The translations under genes were made by a program, and so were the position numbers. The notes under the pieces were generated by a model, which saw only the letters and a list, made by a program, of their open reading frames with translations, was not told where the DNA came from and made no database searches. Of a stretch of DNA of 61,514 bases, positions 9,659 through 19,092 are shown one piece after another. Source of the DNA: Coriobacteriia bacterium. GTDB lineage: Bacteria; Actinomycetota; Coriobacteriia; Anaerosomatales; PALSA-660. The stretch's first letter is position 1; each line of letters opens with the position of its first letter. Location of the stretch: positions 1 to 61,514 of the forward strand of contig JAUSBS010000065.1 of the NCBI GenBank assembly GCA_030651905.1. The letters are read 5' to 3'.

Positions 9659-11946
9659 GAGCCTTCACCCGGCTTCCGCGGCGAGCCGTCGAGCATGAGG
9701 TAGAGGGCCGTCACGCCGACGGGCAGCATGATGAGCGCCGGGATGATCACACCTGAGTCCTCGGTGAAGTTGCCGATCACGCCGGCGAACAACGCCGCAC
9801 CGAGGATCGCCGAGAACGCCGGATGGTTCCTGAGCATGTGGGCGAACTCGCCGCGCGGCCTCCAGCGCATGTAGCCGAGCAGCAGAAGGACCGCGACGAG
9901 CAGCCAGGTCCAGTTCGTTCGCCCGAGGACGCGGAGATTCGTCTCGGCCTTGCGCGCGACGATGGTCATGAAGCTGGCGACTCCGCCCTCGCCTGTCGCG
10001 TTCGAGATGGCGCGCCCGAGATGTGTCTCGGAACCCGACCCCCCGAGCACATCGATGGCGCCGAGCGCTCCGACGAGCACCACGATGACGACGAGGACCG
10101 CTGCGGCGTTGCGCCAGGTCCACACGCGTCTCCCGTTGAGCATGAGCCAGCCGACGCCGAACCCGACGGTCATCCATGCGACCGCACCTATGTTCGCGCC
10201 GAGGAACGGCGCGGCGGTCGTTCCCAGAACGATGACGCCTGTCACCGGCCATCCCCAGCGCTTCACAGCGCCGGTCCAGCCCGCATCGCGCCATGTGTCG
10301 AGAACGAGCGCGCAGCACACCATCGCGGAACCGAGCAGAAGACCGGCCATCTCGTTGCCGAGCCCGTAGTAGCGCGCTCCGAACAGTGGCGCGTAGCCGA
10401 ACAGGCCGGCGAAGGAGAGCGGGGCACCGAGCCACTGGTCGACGACCAGAACCACGGTGGTCGCCCCGGTGACGGCGATCAGTGGCACGGTCGCCGCCCG
10501 ATGCCGGCCCAGCAGCAGCGCGCAGCCCCACAGTGCAAGGCACGTCCCCACGAGCAGAGCGACAACCCATATCGCACTCGGGGGGCGGCTCCACACGGCG
10601 AACTGCACGAGCCCCGCAAGCGGGATGCAGGGAGCCAGGACGAGGGCCGCCCTTGCAAGCGCCCACACGGGTCGCGGAGCATCGGGCGCGCCACGGATGA
10701 GTAGCAGTGTCGAAGCGAGCAGGACGACGACGGTGAAGGTGATGAACCAGTTGACCGCGTCGGCCCGCACCTGCTCGACTGCCACGCTCGTGTCGTTCAT
10801 CCGCACGACGGTCTCCATGCGGTCGGCAAGCGCCAGACCGTCACCCGCGCCGCCGATCGGGCTGCCCACCATTGCGGACGGGATCGTGATCCCGAGTGCT
10901 TTGAGTGCAGTCACGGAGACGTCCATGACCGTGCAGATGCCGACCCGGTGCGTGGAAGCCGTCCGCGCGAGTCCGGTCAGACCGGCGCCGCGCATGACGA
11001 GGGGGGCGAACGATGACGGGAGATCCGGTTCCTCAGGGACGACTGGGGCGAGGACGACGAGCAGATCTCGCTCCCCAAGGCCTGAGGCAACTTCGCCCAC
11101 GACACGATCGACCGTCTCAAGGGCCGCGCGGTGTTGCGCCGCCGCGGTGGACGTGGTGGCGTTGCTGGACCAGGCGTACGCACGCGCGAGATCCCCGGTG
11201 TCCAGGACCACCAGCGCCGGGCGGCCTGCGTCAAGCCCGGTCACGAGCCGGTCGTAGCGCGCGAGCAACCCGCCGACGTCCGTTCGGACACCGTACGGCG
11301 CACCACTGTCGGTGACGAGCATGCTCGCCGATACATCGCCGCGCGCGACGATCCCGCGAACGTCCGCCGCGACGATCGCAGCCGGCCGCGATTGCAGGTC
11401 CGACCGTATGCCCCGGCCCGGATCCGAGTTGCCGATCGCGGCAGTGACGCCGCCGGCGGCAGTGACCGCCTCGCCGAGGGATCCGATCATCGCATCCGAG
11501 ACGGCACGCCTGTTCGTCAGGGTCTGGCGCGGGGCTCCGAGGTAGAAGGTGTCCGCACCCGACGGGTCCTCGCCGCGGATGCGCCGGTACAGCTCGGACG
11601 CCGGTGTGCCGTCCACGGTCTCCGCGGCGGAGTACGCTCCCAGCGCACCGGGATCGGTGAGCACTGACGCGCCCGCGGACAGAAGCAGCGCGCCGCGCTC
11701 GAGCGACGGTCCACCCGCGCCCGCCGAACCACTGCGGACGTTGAGGTCGGCGATGAGACCTTCCTCGGCCGCGGCCTTCGTCGACGGCATGGGACCGTTC
11801 ATGATGTCGTCCCACGTGAGATACGGCGCGAGCACGATCACGACCCGCCCAGCCGGCCTCGCCACGGCGCGGACGGCCGCTGTCCCCGCAAAGAGAAGCG
11901 CCGCCATCATGACGGTGGCGGCGGCTATGCGGGTACGTCTCGACAC
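9655..11946 (-). CDS. Large membrane protein of unknown function (N-terminal anchor, ~390-aa ectodomain, ~10 C-terminal TM helices)
   Basis: Derived from the 874-aa track ORF. The start is moved to GTG 11944-11946 (VSRRTRIAAATVMMAALLF, a signal-anchor) because the longest start would overlap murJ. It has a 4-nt overlap with the downstream transferase gene. The start remains uncertain. Confidence 0.55.
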   Translation of the reverse strand: MSRRTRIAAATVMMAALLFAGTAAVRAVARPAGRVVIVLAPYLTWDDIMNGPMPSTKAAAEEGLIADLNVRSGSAGAGGPSLERGALLLSAGASVLTDPGALGAYSAAETVDGTPASELYRRIRGEDPSGADTFYLGAPRQTLTNRRAVSDAMIGSLGEAVTAAGGVTAAIGNSDPGRGIRSDLQSRPAAIVAADVRGIVARGDVSASMLVTDSGAPYGVRTDVGGLLARYDRLVTGLDAGRPALVVLDTGDLARAYAWSSNATTSTAAAQHRAALETVDRVVGEVASGLGERDLLVVLAPVVPEEPDLPSSFAPLVMRGAGLTGLARTASTHRVGICTVMDVSVTALKALGITIPSAMVGSPIGGAGDGLALADRMETVVRMNDTSVAVEQVRADAVNWFITFTVVVLLASTLLLIRGAPDAPRPVWALARAALVLAPCIPLAGLVQFAVWSRPPSAIWVVALLVGTCLALWGCALLLGRHRAATVPLIAVTGATTVVLVVDQWLGAPLSFAGLFGYAPLFGARYYGLGNEMAGLLLGSAMVCCALVLDTWRDAGWTGAVKRWGWPVTGVIVLGTTAAPFLGANIGAVAWMTVGFGVGWLMLNGRRVWTWRNAAAVLVVIVVLVGALGAIDVLGGSGSETHLGRAISNATGEGGVASFMTIVARKAETNLRVLGRTNWTWLLVAVLLLLGYMRWRPRGEFAHMLRNHPAFSAILGAALFAGVIGNFTEDSGVIIPALIMLPVGVTALYLMLDGSPRKPGEGS

Positions 11947-12110
11947 GACTGCTCCGTCCGTGCTTGCGACATCGACCCGCGCGGGGAGGATGGGTGCGCG
12001 GCAGGGGCTGATCGGCGCTTGTGACCTCGAGGTGCGCTGCGGTGAAAGGCCGCGGCGGCGAAGCGCCCGCGTCGAAGTATACAGGAACACGACGGCCCCG
12101 ACACCGCAGC

Positions 12111-12138
12111 GTGGCAACGGATGCGTGTCGGCTAGAAT
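12111..12138 (+). promoter_or_regulatory. Candidate promoter for murJ (GTGGCA-N16-TAGAAT)
   Basis: TAGAAT at 12133-12138 in the 301-nt divergent intergenic region. The -35 element is weak. Confidence 0.25.
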
Positions 12139-12247
12139 GGTCGTGCGCGCGCGGGATCCGCCCGGGCGCCCGAAGGCCTCAAGGACACGCGCCATCGCCA
12201 CGGAACCCATAGCAGGCACTCCGTCCGTGGCCCGCTCCACGGCGCTC

Positions 12248-13837
12248 ATGTCGTTGTCGACGGCCGCCTCCCGGGTCACGGGATTCGTGCGGACGTGGGC
12301 GATGGCGGTGGCGCTCGGCGTCAGCTTCGCCGGGAGTACCGGTATCCCTATCGCGAGTTCCTACAACCTCGCGAACAACATCCCCAACATGATCTACGAG
12401 CTCCTGGCCGGCGGTGTGCTCTCCTCCATGTTCGTCCCGATCTTCATGGAGCGGCTCGCCCGCGACGGCCGCGACGGCGCGTACCGCGCCGCCAACACGC
12501 TCTACAGCATCGTTCTGGTCCTGCTGGGCGCCGTCGCACTCCTCGGCACCCTGTGGCCGCAGCCGTTCGTGTTCACCCAGACCTTCACCGTCTCGCCCGA
12601 GAAGGCCCGCCTCGCGGTGTACCTCTTCCGCTTCTTCGCCGTGCAGATCATCTTCTACGGCTGGTGCGCGGTGACGACCGGTATCCTCAACTCCCAGCGC
12701 AGGTTCTTCGCACCCGCGATAGCACCGCTCGTGAACAACGTGGTCGTCATCGTCGCCCTGCTCGGCTTCTACCTGCCCCTGCGCGACAGCCGCCCGGACC
12801 TGGCGATCGTCGCGCTCGGTGTGGGGACGACGCTCGGCGTCGTGGCGCTGCTCGTCACACAGCTGCCTGCGCTGTTCAAGCTCGGCTTCCGGTTCCGATG
12901 GACGTGGGACCTCTCCGACCCGACTTTGCGCAGGCTCCTGCGCAAGAGCGCCCCGATCCTCGGCTACGTCGGCGTCAACATGGTCGCGGTGGCGTTCCGC
13001 AACGCGTTCGCGACGAGCGCGTTCCTCGACGGTTCGGCCGTGCTCATGTACGCGTGGATGTGGTACCAGCTCCCGTTCGGCGTGCTCGCGGTCGCCTACA
13101 TAACCGCGCTGTTCCCCGAGCTGTCAGAGATGGTGGTACTGGAGGACTGGACGGCGTTCAAGGCGACGTTCTCCAAGGGGCTGCGCGTGATGACCCTGCT
13201 CATCCTGCCCATGTCGGCGATGCTCGCGGTGCTGTCGGTGCCGCTCGTCAAGCTCTACCGGGTCGGCGCATTCCCCGCAACCGCCGTCCCTCTCGTCGCC
13301 GGGGTCCTGACGGCGTGGGCGCTCGGTCTGCTCTCGTTCGCGCTGTACATGCTCACCCTGCGCGCCTTCTACGCCCAGCAGGACAGCCTCACGCCGATGG
13401 TCACCAACGCCATCCTGGCGGTCGTGCACATCGGGCTCTATTGGGGCCTGACATCGATCACGACCTGGGGGGACTGGAGGCTGATCGGTATCCCGCTAGC
13501 CGATGCGGTCTTCTTCACCATGCACACGGCGGTGCTGCTGCTGATCCTGCGCCGGCGGCGTGGAGGATTCGGCGGGCGTCAGGTCCTGTCCGTGTTCGCG
13601 CGCGTCGCACTCGCCTCGATCGCCGGCGCGGGTCTGGCCTGGGGCGTGACGTATCTGACGCCGGGGCTGACCGCATCGCCTCTCGGGTTCCTCGTACAGC
13701 TCCTGGTCGGCGGCGTAGCGGGCCTTGCGACGTGCTACGGGCTCATCGCGCTCATGCGGGTCGATGAGCTCCACGATGGAGTGACCATGCTTCGGCGCGT
13801 GGTCGACCGCCTGCGCCCGAAGGCGGCGAGACCATGA
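12248..13837 (+). CDS. murJ: Lipid II flippase MurJ/MviN
   Basis: The start is set at ATG 12248 (MSLSTAASRVTGFVRTWAMAVALG..., the typical MurJ N-terminus), in frame with the 762-aa track ORF. About 14 TM helices. ATGA overlap with the next gene. Confidence 0.85.
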   Translation: MSLSTAASRVTGFVRTWAMAVALGVSFAGSTGIPIASSYNLANNIPNMIYELLAGGVLSSMFVPIFMERLARDGRDGAYRAANTLYSIVLVLLGAVALLGTLWPQPFVFTQTFTVSPEKARLAVYLFRFFAVQIIFYGWCAVTTGILNSQRRFFAPAIAPLVNNVVVIVALLGFYLPLRDSRPDLAIVALGVGTTLGVVALLVTQLPALFKLGFRFRWTWDLSDPTLRRLLRKSAPILGYVGVNMVAVAFRNAFATSAFLDGSAVLMYAWMWYQLPFGVLAVAYITALFPELSEMVVLEDWTAFKATFSKGLRVMTLLILPMSAMLAVLSVPLVKLYRVGAFPATAVPLVAGVLTAWALGLLSFALYMLTLRAFYAQQDSLTPMVTNAILAVVHIGLYWGLTSITTWGDWRLIGIPLADAVFFTMHTAVLLLILRRRRGGFGGRQVLSVFARVALASIAGAGLAWGVTYLTPGLTASPLGFLVQLLVGGVAGLATCYGLIALMRVDELHDGVTMLRRVVDRLRPKAARP

Positions 13838-14535
13838 CCGTGGTCGCGCTGATCCCGGCGCACGACGAGGCGGAGCGCATCGCCACCACGGTCGCGGCCA
13901 CCGCACGGATAGCCGGCGTCGACCGCGTGCTGGTCATCGACGACGGCTCCGCGGACGACACGGCGGCGCGAGCCGAGGCGGCCGGCGCCGAAGTCCTGCG
14001 CCTGGGACGCAATGTCGGCAAGGGGGCGGCGTTGGACGCGGGCCTCGCCTCGGTCCGGGACGACGCCCACGTGGTGCTGCTCCTCGACGGCGATCTCGGT
14101 GAGAGCGCGAGTCAGGGTGAGCGCCTTCTCGGCCCCCTACTCCGCGGGGAAGCGGACATGACCGTCGCCACGTTCCCGAGGCCGACGGGCAAGGCCGGCT
14201 TCGGTCTCGTCAAAGGGTTGGCGCGTGCGGGCATCCGCACGCTGGGCGGGCAGGGGTTCGAGCCGACCGCTCCCCTCTCCGGCCAGCGCGCGCTCGGCCG
14301 CACTGCGCTCGACGCCGTCACGCCCTTCGCCTTCGGCTATGGGGTCGAGGTCGCACTCACGGTACGCGCTCTGCGCGCCGGACTCCGGGTGGTCGAGGTA
14401 CCTACGGAGATGTCACACGCGGCCACGGGCCGGGACGTCGCAGGCTTCGCCCACCGCGGAGTGCAGTTCGCGCATGTGGCGCGCGCGATAGTCGCGCTCG
14501 CGTTCGAACGACGACCGCGCGCGAACGGTCGCTAG
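13834..14535 (+). CDS. GT-A fold glycosyltransferase (GT2; tail resembles glucosyl-3-phosphoglycerate synthase-type enzymes)
   Basis: 233 aa. Motifs VALIPAHDEAERI, VIDDGSADDT and a DGD DxD motif. The tail reads PLSGQRALGRTALDAVTPFAFGYGVEVALTV. Confidence 0.7.
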   Translation: MTVVALIPAHDEAERIATTVAATARIAGVDRVLVIDDGSADDTAARAEAAGAEVLRLGRNVGKGAALDAGLASVRDDAHVVLLLDGDLGESASQGERLLGPLLRGEADMTVATFPRPTGKAGFGLVKGLARAGIRTLGGQGFEPTAPLSGQRALGRTALDAVTPFAFGYGVEVALTVRALRAGLRVVEVPTEMSHAATGRDVAGFAHRGVQFAHVARAIVALAFERRPRANGR

Positions 14536-14537
14536 CG

Positions 14538-15395
14538 CTACTGGGCCGGGAAGAGCGGCGAGGGGTAGCGACCCACCGCGCCCTTGCCGACACCGTAGAG
14601 TCCGCTCGCGCGACCCGCGACGAGCCACACCATCGAGACGCGGCCGAACGTCTCATCGATGTCGTCGACACCCGATAGACCCGCGCCGACGGCCGCTCGC
14701 GCGAGACCCGTCGAACGATTCGTCGTCTCCACTCCGACCGCCGAACGTCCCGGACCGGTCATCGCCGTCCCCAGGGCGAGCGCTGCGGCATCCGGCTTGT
14801 CGCTCCATACGGAGGCCAGGATGACGCCGTCGGCGGCCGCAGGTGCCGAGAAGGAATCGAGTTTCAGCGCTCCGGCGGCCACGAGCGCGTTCGTCAGAGT
14901 GCGCGCGCCCCCCGGGGTGGTCCACTCACGAGCCAACTCCGCCGTCACGCGCGTCTGGTCGAGCGACGCCTCCGGTACGGCGAGCGCCGTCGCCGCGGCC
15001 TTCAGCACGCCGGCGTTGCCCAGTGCCAGACCTGGCTCCGTCAGCGTCGCGATAGCGGCCGTGCCGCCGGCGGCGCGGATCGTGTCGACAGCGTACTTGA
15101 CCGACTCCGCCGAGCTCGGGTCGGCGACGACTACGATCGTCTTGCCCGTCAGCATGTCCCGGATGACGGCCGCCTCCGCCTCGCTCGAGAACGCGCCAGC
15201 CGTGTCGGCACGAGCGGTGATGACCTCGATGTCCGAGCGCAACCGGTCGTAGTCCTTCTGCAGGCCCTGGACGAGCGAGGTCTTCTGAGTGTTGAGCACA
15301 CCGCGCTCGACGACGATCGTCCCGAGGAGCAGCCCGACCGAGAGCGCCAGGAATACCGCCACGAGCGAGGCTATGTGATAGCGGAGGTTGTACAT
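14538..15395 (-). CDS. Copper transporter MctB-family (DUF3186-like) membrane protein
   Basis: The N-terminus MYNLRYHIASLVAVFLALSVGLLLG matches the MctB family pattern. It sits downstream of steA, as in mycobacteria. Confidence 0.7.
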   Translation of the reverse strand: MYNLRYHIASLVAVFLALSVGLLLGTIVVERGVLNTQKTSLVQGLQKDYDRLRSDIEVITARADTAGAFSSEAEAAVIRDMLTGKTIVVVADPSSAESVKYAVDTIRAAGGTAAIATLTEPGLALGNAGVLKAAATALAVPEASLDQTRVTAELAREWTTPGGARTLTNALVAAGALKLDSFSAPAAADGVILASVWSDKPDAAALALGTAMTGPGRSAVGVETTNRSTGLARAAVGAGLSGVDDIDETFGRVSMVWLVAGRASGLYGVGKGAVGRYPSPLFPAQ

Positions 15396-15422
15396 GTTCT
15401 TCGCGCTCCTTGGATGGTGGTA

Positions 15423-16544
15423 CTACAGCCCGAGCGAGGCGCGGAGCCGCAGAAGCAGCAGCGCCAGCCCGGTCCTCGCCGTCGAGGAGATAAGGACGAT
15501 CACGGTCACGAGAACAAGTGCCGCTCCGACGATGAACGCCAGGTCGGTGAGGCCGGGCGTAGCGCGGTAGAGCTTGTTCACGCCCTTGGCGTCGACGAGC
15601 TTGGGGCCGACTTTCAGCCGCACGAGGAACGTCGAGGCCATCCCCTTGCGCCCCTTGTCCAGGTATTCGATCAGGTTCGCGTGCGTCCCCACAGCCACGA
15701 TGAGGTCAGCGCCGCTCTCGTATGCCAGCAGCAGCGCGAGGTCCTCGCTCGTCGCGGCCAGCGGCCATGCCGTTCCCTTGACGCCGAGCTCGTCGAGGCG
15801 CGCCATGCCCGGGGCGCGGCCGTCAGGGTACGCGTGGACCAGGAGCTCCGCACCGCTGCGCAGGGCCTCATCGGTGACCGAGTCCATGTCTCCGATGATG
15901 ATGTGCGGTTTGAACCCTGCCTCGATGAGTGCGTCCGCTCCACCGTCGACACCGATCAGTACGGGCTTGACCTCACGGATGTAGGGCTTGAGCGTGTTGA
16001 TGTCCTCACGGTAGTCGTAGCCTCGAACGACCACGAGAACGTGCCGCCCGTCGATCGGAGTGCTCACCTCGGGCAGCCCCACGCCGTCGGTCAGCAAGCT
16101 CCTCTCCTTGTCGAGGAACTCGATGGTGTTGCGGGCGAACTCGTCGAGACGATCGCCCATGCCGGCCTTGGCGTCCTCCATGGCGCGCTCGACCGACTCG
16201 ACGGTGAGGCGGGAGCCCTCGGCCACGACCTGCCCGTCGGCGTACAGCCGGTCGTCGATGAGCTCGAGCGCCTGCCCGTCCTTCACCCGGTCGAACACCT
16301 CGGGACCCACGGCGTCGAGCACACGCACGCCGCCGCGCGTGAGCAACAGCGGACCAAGGTTCGGGTACGTGCCGCTGATGGACGGCGATGCGTTCACGAC
16401 GACCTCGACGCCGGTCGAGAGCAGCCCCTCGGCGCTCACGCGGTCGATGTCCTCGTGATCGATGATGGCGATGTCCGAAGGACCGAGTCGCTTGACGAGG
16501 TCCTTCGTTCGCTTGTCGAGTCGCGCTGTGCCCTGGTAGCGCAT
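15423..16544 (-). CDS. steA: SteA-like cytokinetic ring protein (thiamine-pyrophosphokinase-like domain plus C-terminal TM)
   Basis: The start is moved to ATG 16542-16544 (MRYQGTARLDKRTKDLVKRL). Contains the GDMDS motif. Confidence 0.8.
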   Translation of the reverse strand: MRYQGTARLDKRTKDLVKRLGPSDIAIIDHEDIDRVSAEGLLSTGVEVVVNASPSISGTYPNLGPLLLTRGGVRVLDAVGPEVFDRVKDGQALELIDDRLYADGQVVAEGSRLTVESVERAMEDAKAGMGDRLDEFARNTIEFLDKERSLLTDGVGLPEVSTPIDGRHVLVVVRGYDYREDINTLKPYIREVKPVLIGVDGGADALIEAGFKPHIIIGDMDSVTDEALRSGAELLVHAYPDGRAPGMARLDELGVKGTAWPLAATSEDLALLLAYESGADLIVAVGTHANLIEYLDKGRKGMASTFLVRLKVGPKLVDAKGVNKLYRATPGLTDLAFIVGAALVLVTVIVLISSTARTGLALLLLRLRASLGL

Positions 16545-16608
16545 GCGGTCCTTCCGAAACGCGGGCGATCCGTCCCGGAGCCGCTGCCCGGGGACGTCAG
16601 GGAGTGTA

Positions 16609-18240
16609 TCAGACGGTCCTGGCTCCCACCTCGGTGAGCAGCTCCCGTGCGTGCGCCAGGCCGGCCTCCGTATCGCTGCCGGACAGCATCCGCGCGACCT
16701 CGGCGACACGCTCGTCGCCCGACGCCTCCTGCACAAGGGTGAAGGTGCGGCCGTCGCGCTCCGCCTTGCTCACCACCAGGTGATGGTCGGCGAAGGCCGC
16801 GACCTGTGGCAGATGCGTGACGACGAGCACCTGGTGGCGCTGCGCCAGCGCCGCGAGCCTGCGACCCACCGCCAGTGCCGTCGCGCCTCCGATGCCGGCA
16901 TCGACCTCGTCGAAGACCAGCACCGGCACGACGTCCGCGGCGCCGAGAACGCTCTTGAGCGCGAGCATCACGCGCGAGACCTCACCGCCCGAGGCGATAC
17001 GCACCAGCGGCCGTAGTGGTTCGCCGGCGTTGCTCGAGAAGAGGAACTCGACACGCTGATGCCCGTCTGGAGACCACAGCGCCCGAGACAGCGGCGTGAA
17101 CGCGACGTCGAACGCCGCCGAGAGCATCGCGAGATCGCGGGCCGCGTCGGCGAGTGCTGTGGTGAAGCCCGACGCGGCGTCGCTGCGAACGACGGCAAGA
17201 CCCGTGGCGGCGGCCACGAGGGCGTCCTCCGCGGCCGCGACGCGCTCTTCTGCCCGTCGCAGACCCTCTTCGCCGGACTCGAGCGTCTCGAGCGCCGACA
17301 CCGCCGCCTCCCGCGCCTCGATCACGTCCGTGAGTGTCGGGCCGTACTTGCGTTTCAGGCCGGTGAGGGCGGCCAGCCGTGTCTCGGCAGAATCGAGCGC
17401 AGCCGGGTCGTACTCGACACCCTCACCGTAGCGCCGCAGGTCGGCCCCAGCGTCCTCGAGGCTCATCGCGGCCTCACCCAGCCGCGCGGCCAGAGCGTCC
17501 ATCTCGGGATCGAGTCCCTCGACCGGCTGCAGGGCCGCCAGCGCCTCCGACAGCGCGTCTGATGCCCCGCCATCGCCCTTCAGGTGACCGAACGCGACCG
17601 ACGCCGCGCCGGCGAGTCGCTCGCCGTGTCGCAGTACCGGCAATCTGGCGTCGATCGCGTCGTCTTCACCCGCCGTCGGTCCGACCGCGTCGATCTCGGC
17701 GACCTGGTACGCGAGCTGGTCGACTCGACGGTCCCGGTCGTGCATCGCCGCAGCGAGAGCGTCGCGCTCGGATGCCGCGCCGTCGGCCGCACGCAGGGCG
17801 TCACGGTACTCCTGCAGTGCCGTGCTCGCGGGCGCACCGATGAATCGATCGAGATACGCCGCGTGGCTCGACGGAGACAGCAGCGCCTGGTGGTCGTGCT
17901 GGCCGTGCAGGTCCACCGCGTCGCCGAACGCCTCAGACAGCCCTGCGACCGTCGACATCTCCCCGTCGAGATAACAGCGGCTCCGGCCCTCGGCCGAGAT
18001 ACGTCTGCGTGCGGTCCGCTCCGCGCCATCGAGCGAGAAGCGACCCTCCACGACAGCTTCCTCCGCACCCGCACGCACCATCGTCGGATCGGCACGCTCA
18101 CCGAGGAGCAGCTTGAGCGCGCCCACGAGGACCGTCTTGCCCGCGCCCGTCTCACCGGTGAGCACGGTCAGTCCGGGACCCAGCTCCAGCCACACGTCCT
18201 CGATGAGCGCCAGATCGGCGACATGCAGTTCCTCGAGCAC
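16609..18240 (-). CDS. recN: DNA repair protein RecN
   Basis: The start is set at GTG 18238-18240 (V/MLEELHVADLALIEDVWLEL...GETGAGKT), 1 nt after the nadK stop. SMC-like coiled-coil body. Confidence 0.9.
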   Translation of the reverse strand: MLEELHVADLALIEDVWLELGPGLTVLTGETGAGKTVLVGALKLLLGERADPTMVRAGAEEAVVEGRFSLDGAERTARRRISAEGRSRCYLDGEMSTVAGLSEAFGDAVDLHGQHDHQALLSPSSHAAYLDRFIGAPASTALQEYRDALRAADGAASERDALAAAMHDRDRRVDQLAYQVAEIDAVGPTAGEDDAIDARLPVLRHGERLAGAASVAFGHLKGDGGASDALSEALAALQPVEGLDPEMDALAARLGEAAMSLEDAGADLRRYGEGVEYDPAALDSAETRLAALTGLKRKYGPTLTDVIEAREAAVSALETLESGEEGLRRAEERVAAAEDALVAAATGLAVVRSDAASGFTTALADAARDLAMLSAAFDVAFTPLSRALWSPDGHQRVEFLFSSNAGEPLRPLVRIASGGEVSRVMLALKSVLGAADVVPVLVFDEVDAGIGGATALAVGRRLAALAQRHQVLVVTHLPQVAAFADHHLVVSKAERDGRTFTLVQEASGDERVAEVARMLSGSDTEAGLAHARELLTEVGARTV

Positions 18241-18241
18241 C

Positions 18242-19090
18242 CTAACCCCCGAAGAACGTGTCTCGCGCGGTCTCGTAGAAGCCGCGACCGTCCAGTCGCA
18301 CGAGAGCCACCTCCTGCGGACCGACCCGGACATCGACACGATCGAGGGCGGCGCGACACGGCAGCGTGTCGCCGTCCACCATCACACACACGCCCGCGCG
18401 CGCGGGATCGGGCGCGGTCAGGGTCACCACGTCACCGGGGCCGAGCACGACCGGTCGAGAGACCAACGTGTGCGGATTCACGGTGACGACCAGCATCCCG
18501 GCAACGTCCGGAGCCATCACCGGGCCGCCGGCCGACAGTGCGTACGCGGTCGAGCCTGTCGGCGTCGCGACGATCATGCCGTCGCAGACCGCGCGCGTGA
18601 GCTCGACACCGTTCACGGCCACCGCCATGTTGACCGCACGCCCGCCGGGGCCTCGCCCGACGAAGACCTCGTTGAGCACGTGATGAACACCCCCGGCACG
18701 TCCGCCGAGTCGAATGGTGACCTCCAGCGTGCGCCGGCGCTCGATCACGCCCTCTCCCGCCAACGCCTTCTCGACAGCCGGGATGAGTCCGTCCCCGTCC
18801 GCACCCGCCAGGAAGCCCAGGCGGCCGAGGTTCACCCCGAGGATGGGGACACCCGATCCGTCGAGAAGATGGACCGCTTTCAGGATCGTACCGTCACCCC
18901 CGAGGGCCACGACAAGATCGAGTTCGCCGAATGCGCCGACAGCAGCTCCGCGATCGTCCAGCCCGATCGCCACTGCGTCCGATTCGGCTAGAAGCGGCTC
19001 ATGACCTTGTCGGGCTAGGTGCGCGGACAGCGACCGAGCCGCCTCGACGGCGTGGCCGTTGTCAGAGTTGGGGACGATGAGAACGCGCAC
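18242..19090 (-). CDS. nadK: NAD kinase
   Basis: 282 aa with the GGDGT motif (VVALGGDGTILKA). Confidence 0.9.
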   Translation of the reverse strand: MRVLIVPNSDNGHAVEAARSLSAHLARQGHEPLLAESDAVAIGLDDRGAAVGAFGELDLVVALGGDGTILKAVHLLDGSGVPILGVNLGRLGFLAGADGDGLIPAVEKALAGEGVIERRRTLEVTIRLGGRAGGVHHVLNEVFVGRGPGGRAVNMAVAVNGVELTRAVCDGMIVATPTGSTAYALSAGGPVMAPDVAGMLVVTVNPHTLVSRPVVLGPGDVVTLTAPDPARAGVCVMVDGDTLPCRAALDRVDVRVGPQEVALVRLDGRGFYETARDTFFGG

Positions 19091-19092
19091 GT

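Noticed and set aside
12198-12242. Alternative pairing in the murJ leader: tccgtgg (12224-12230) can pair with ccacgga (12198-12204) or with ccacgg (12237-12242), the latter just before the ATG.
   Set aside because: The stems are only 6-7 bp in very GC-rich DNA, where such matches are expected by chance. There is no supporting leader peptide or terminator.
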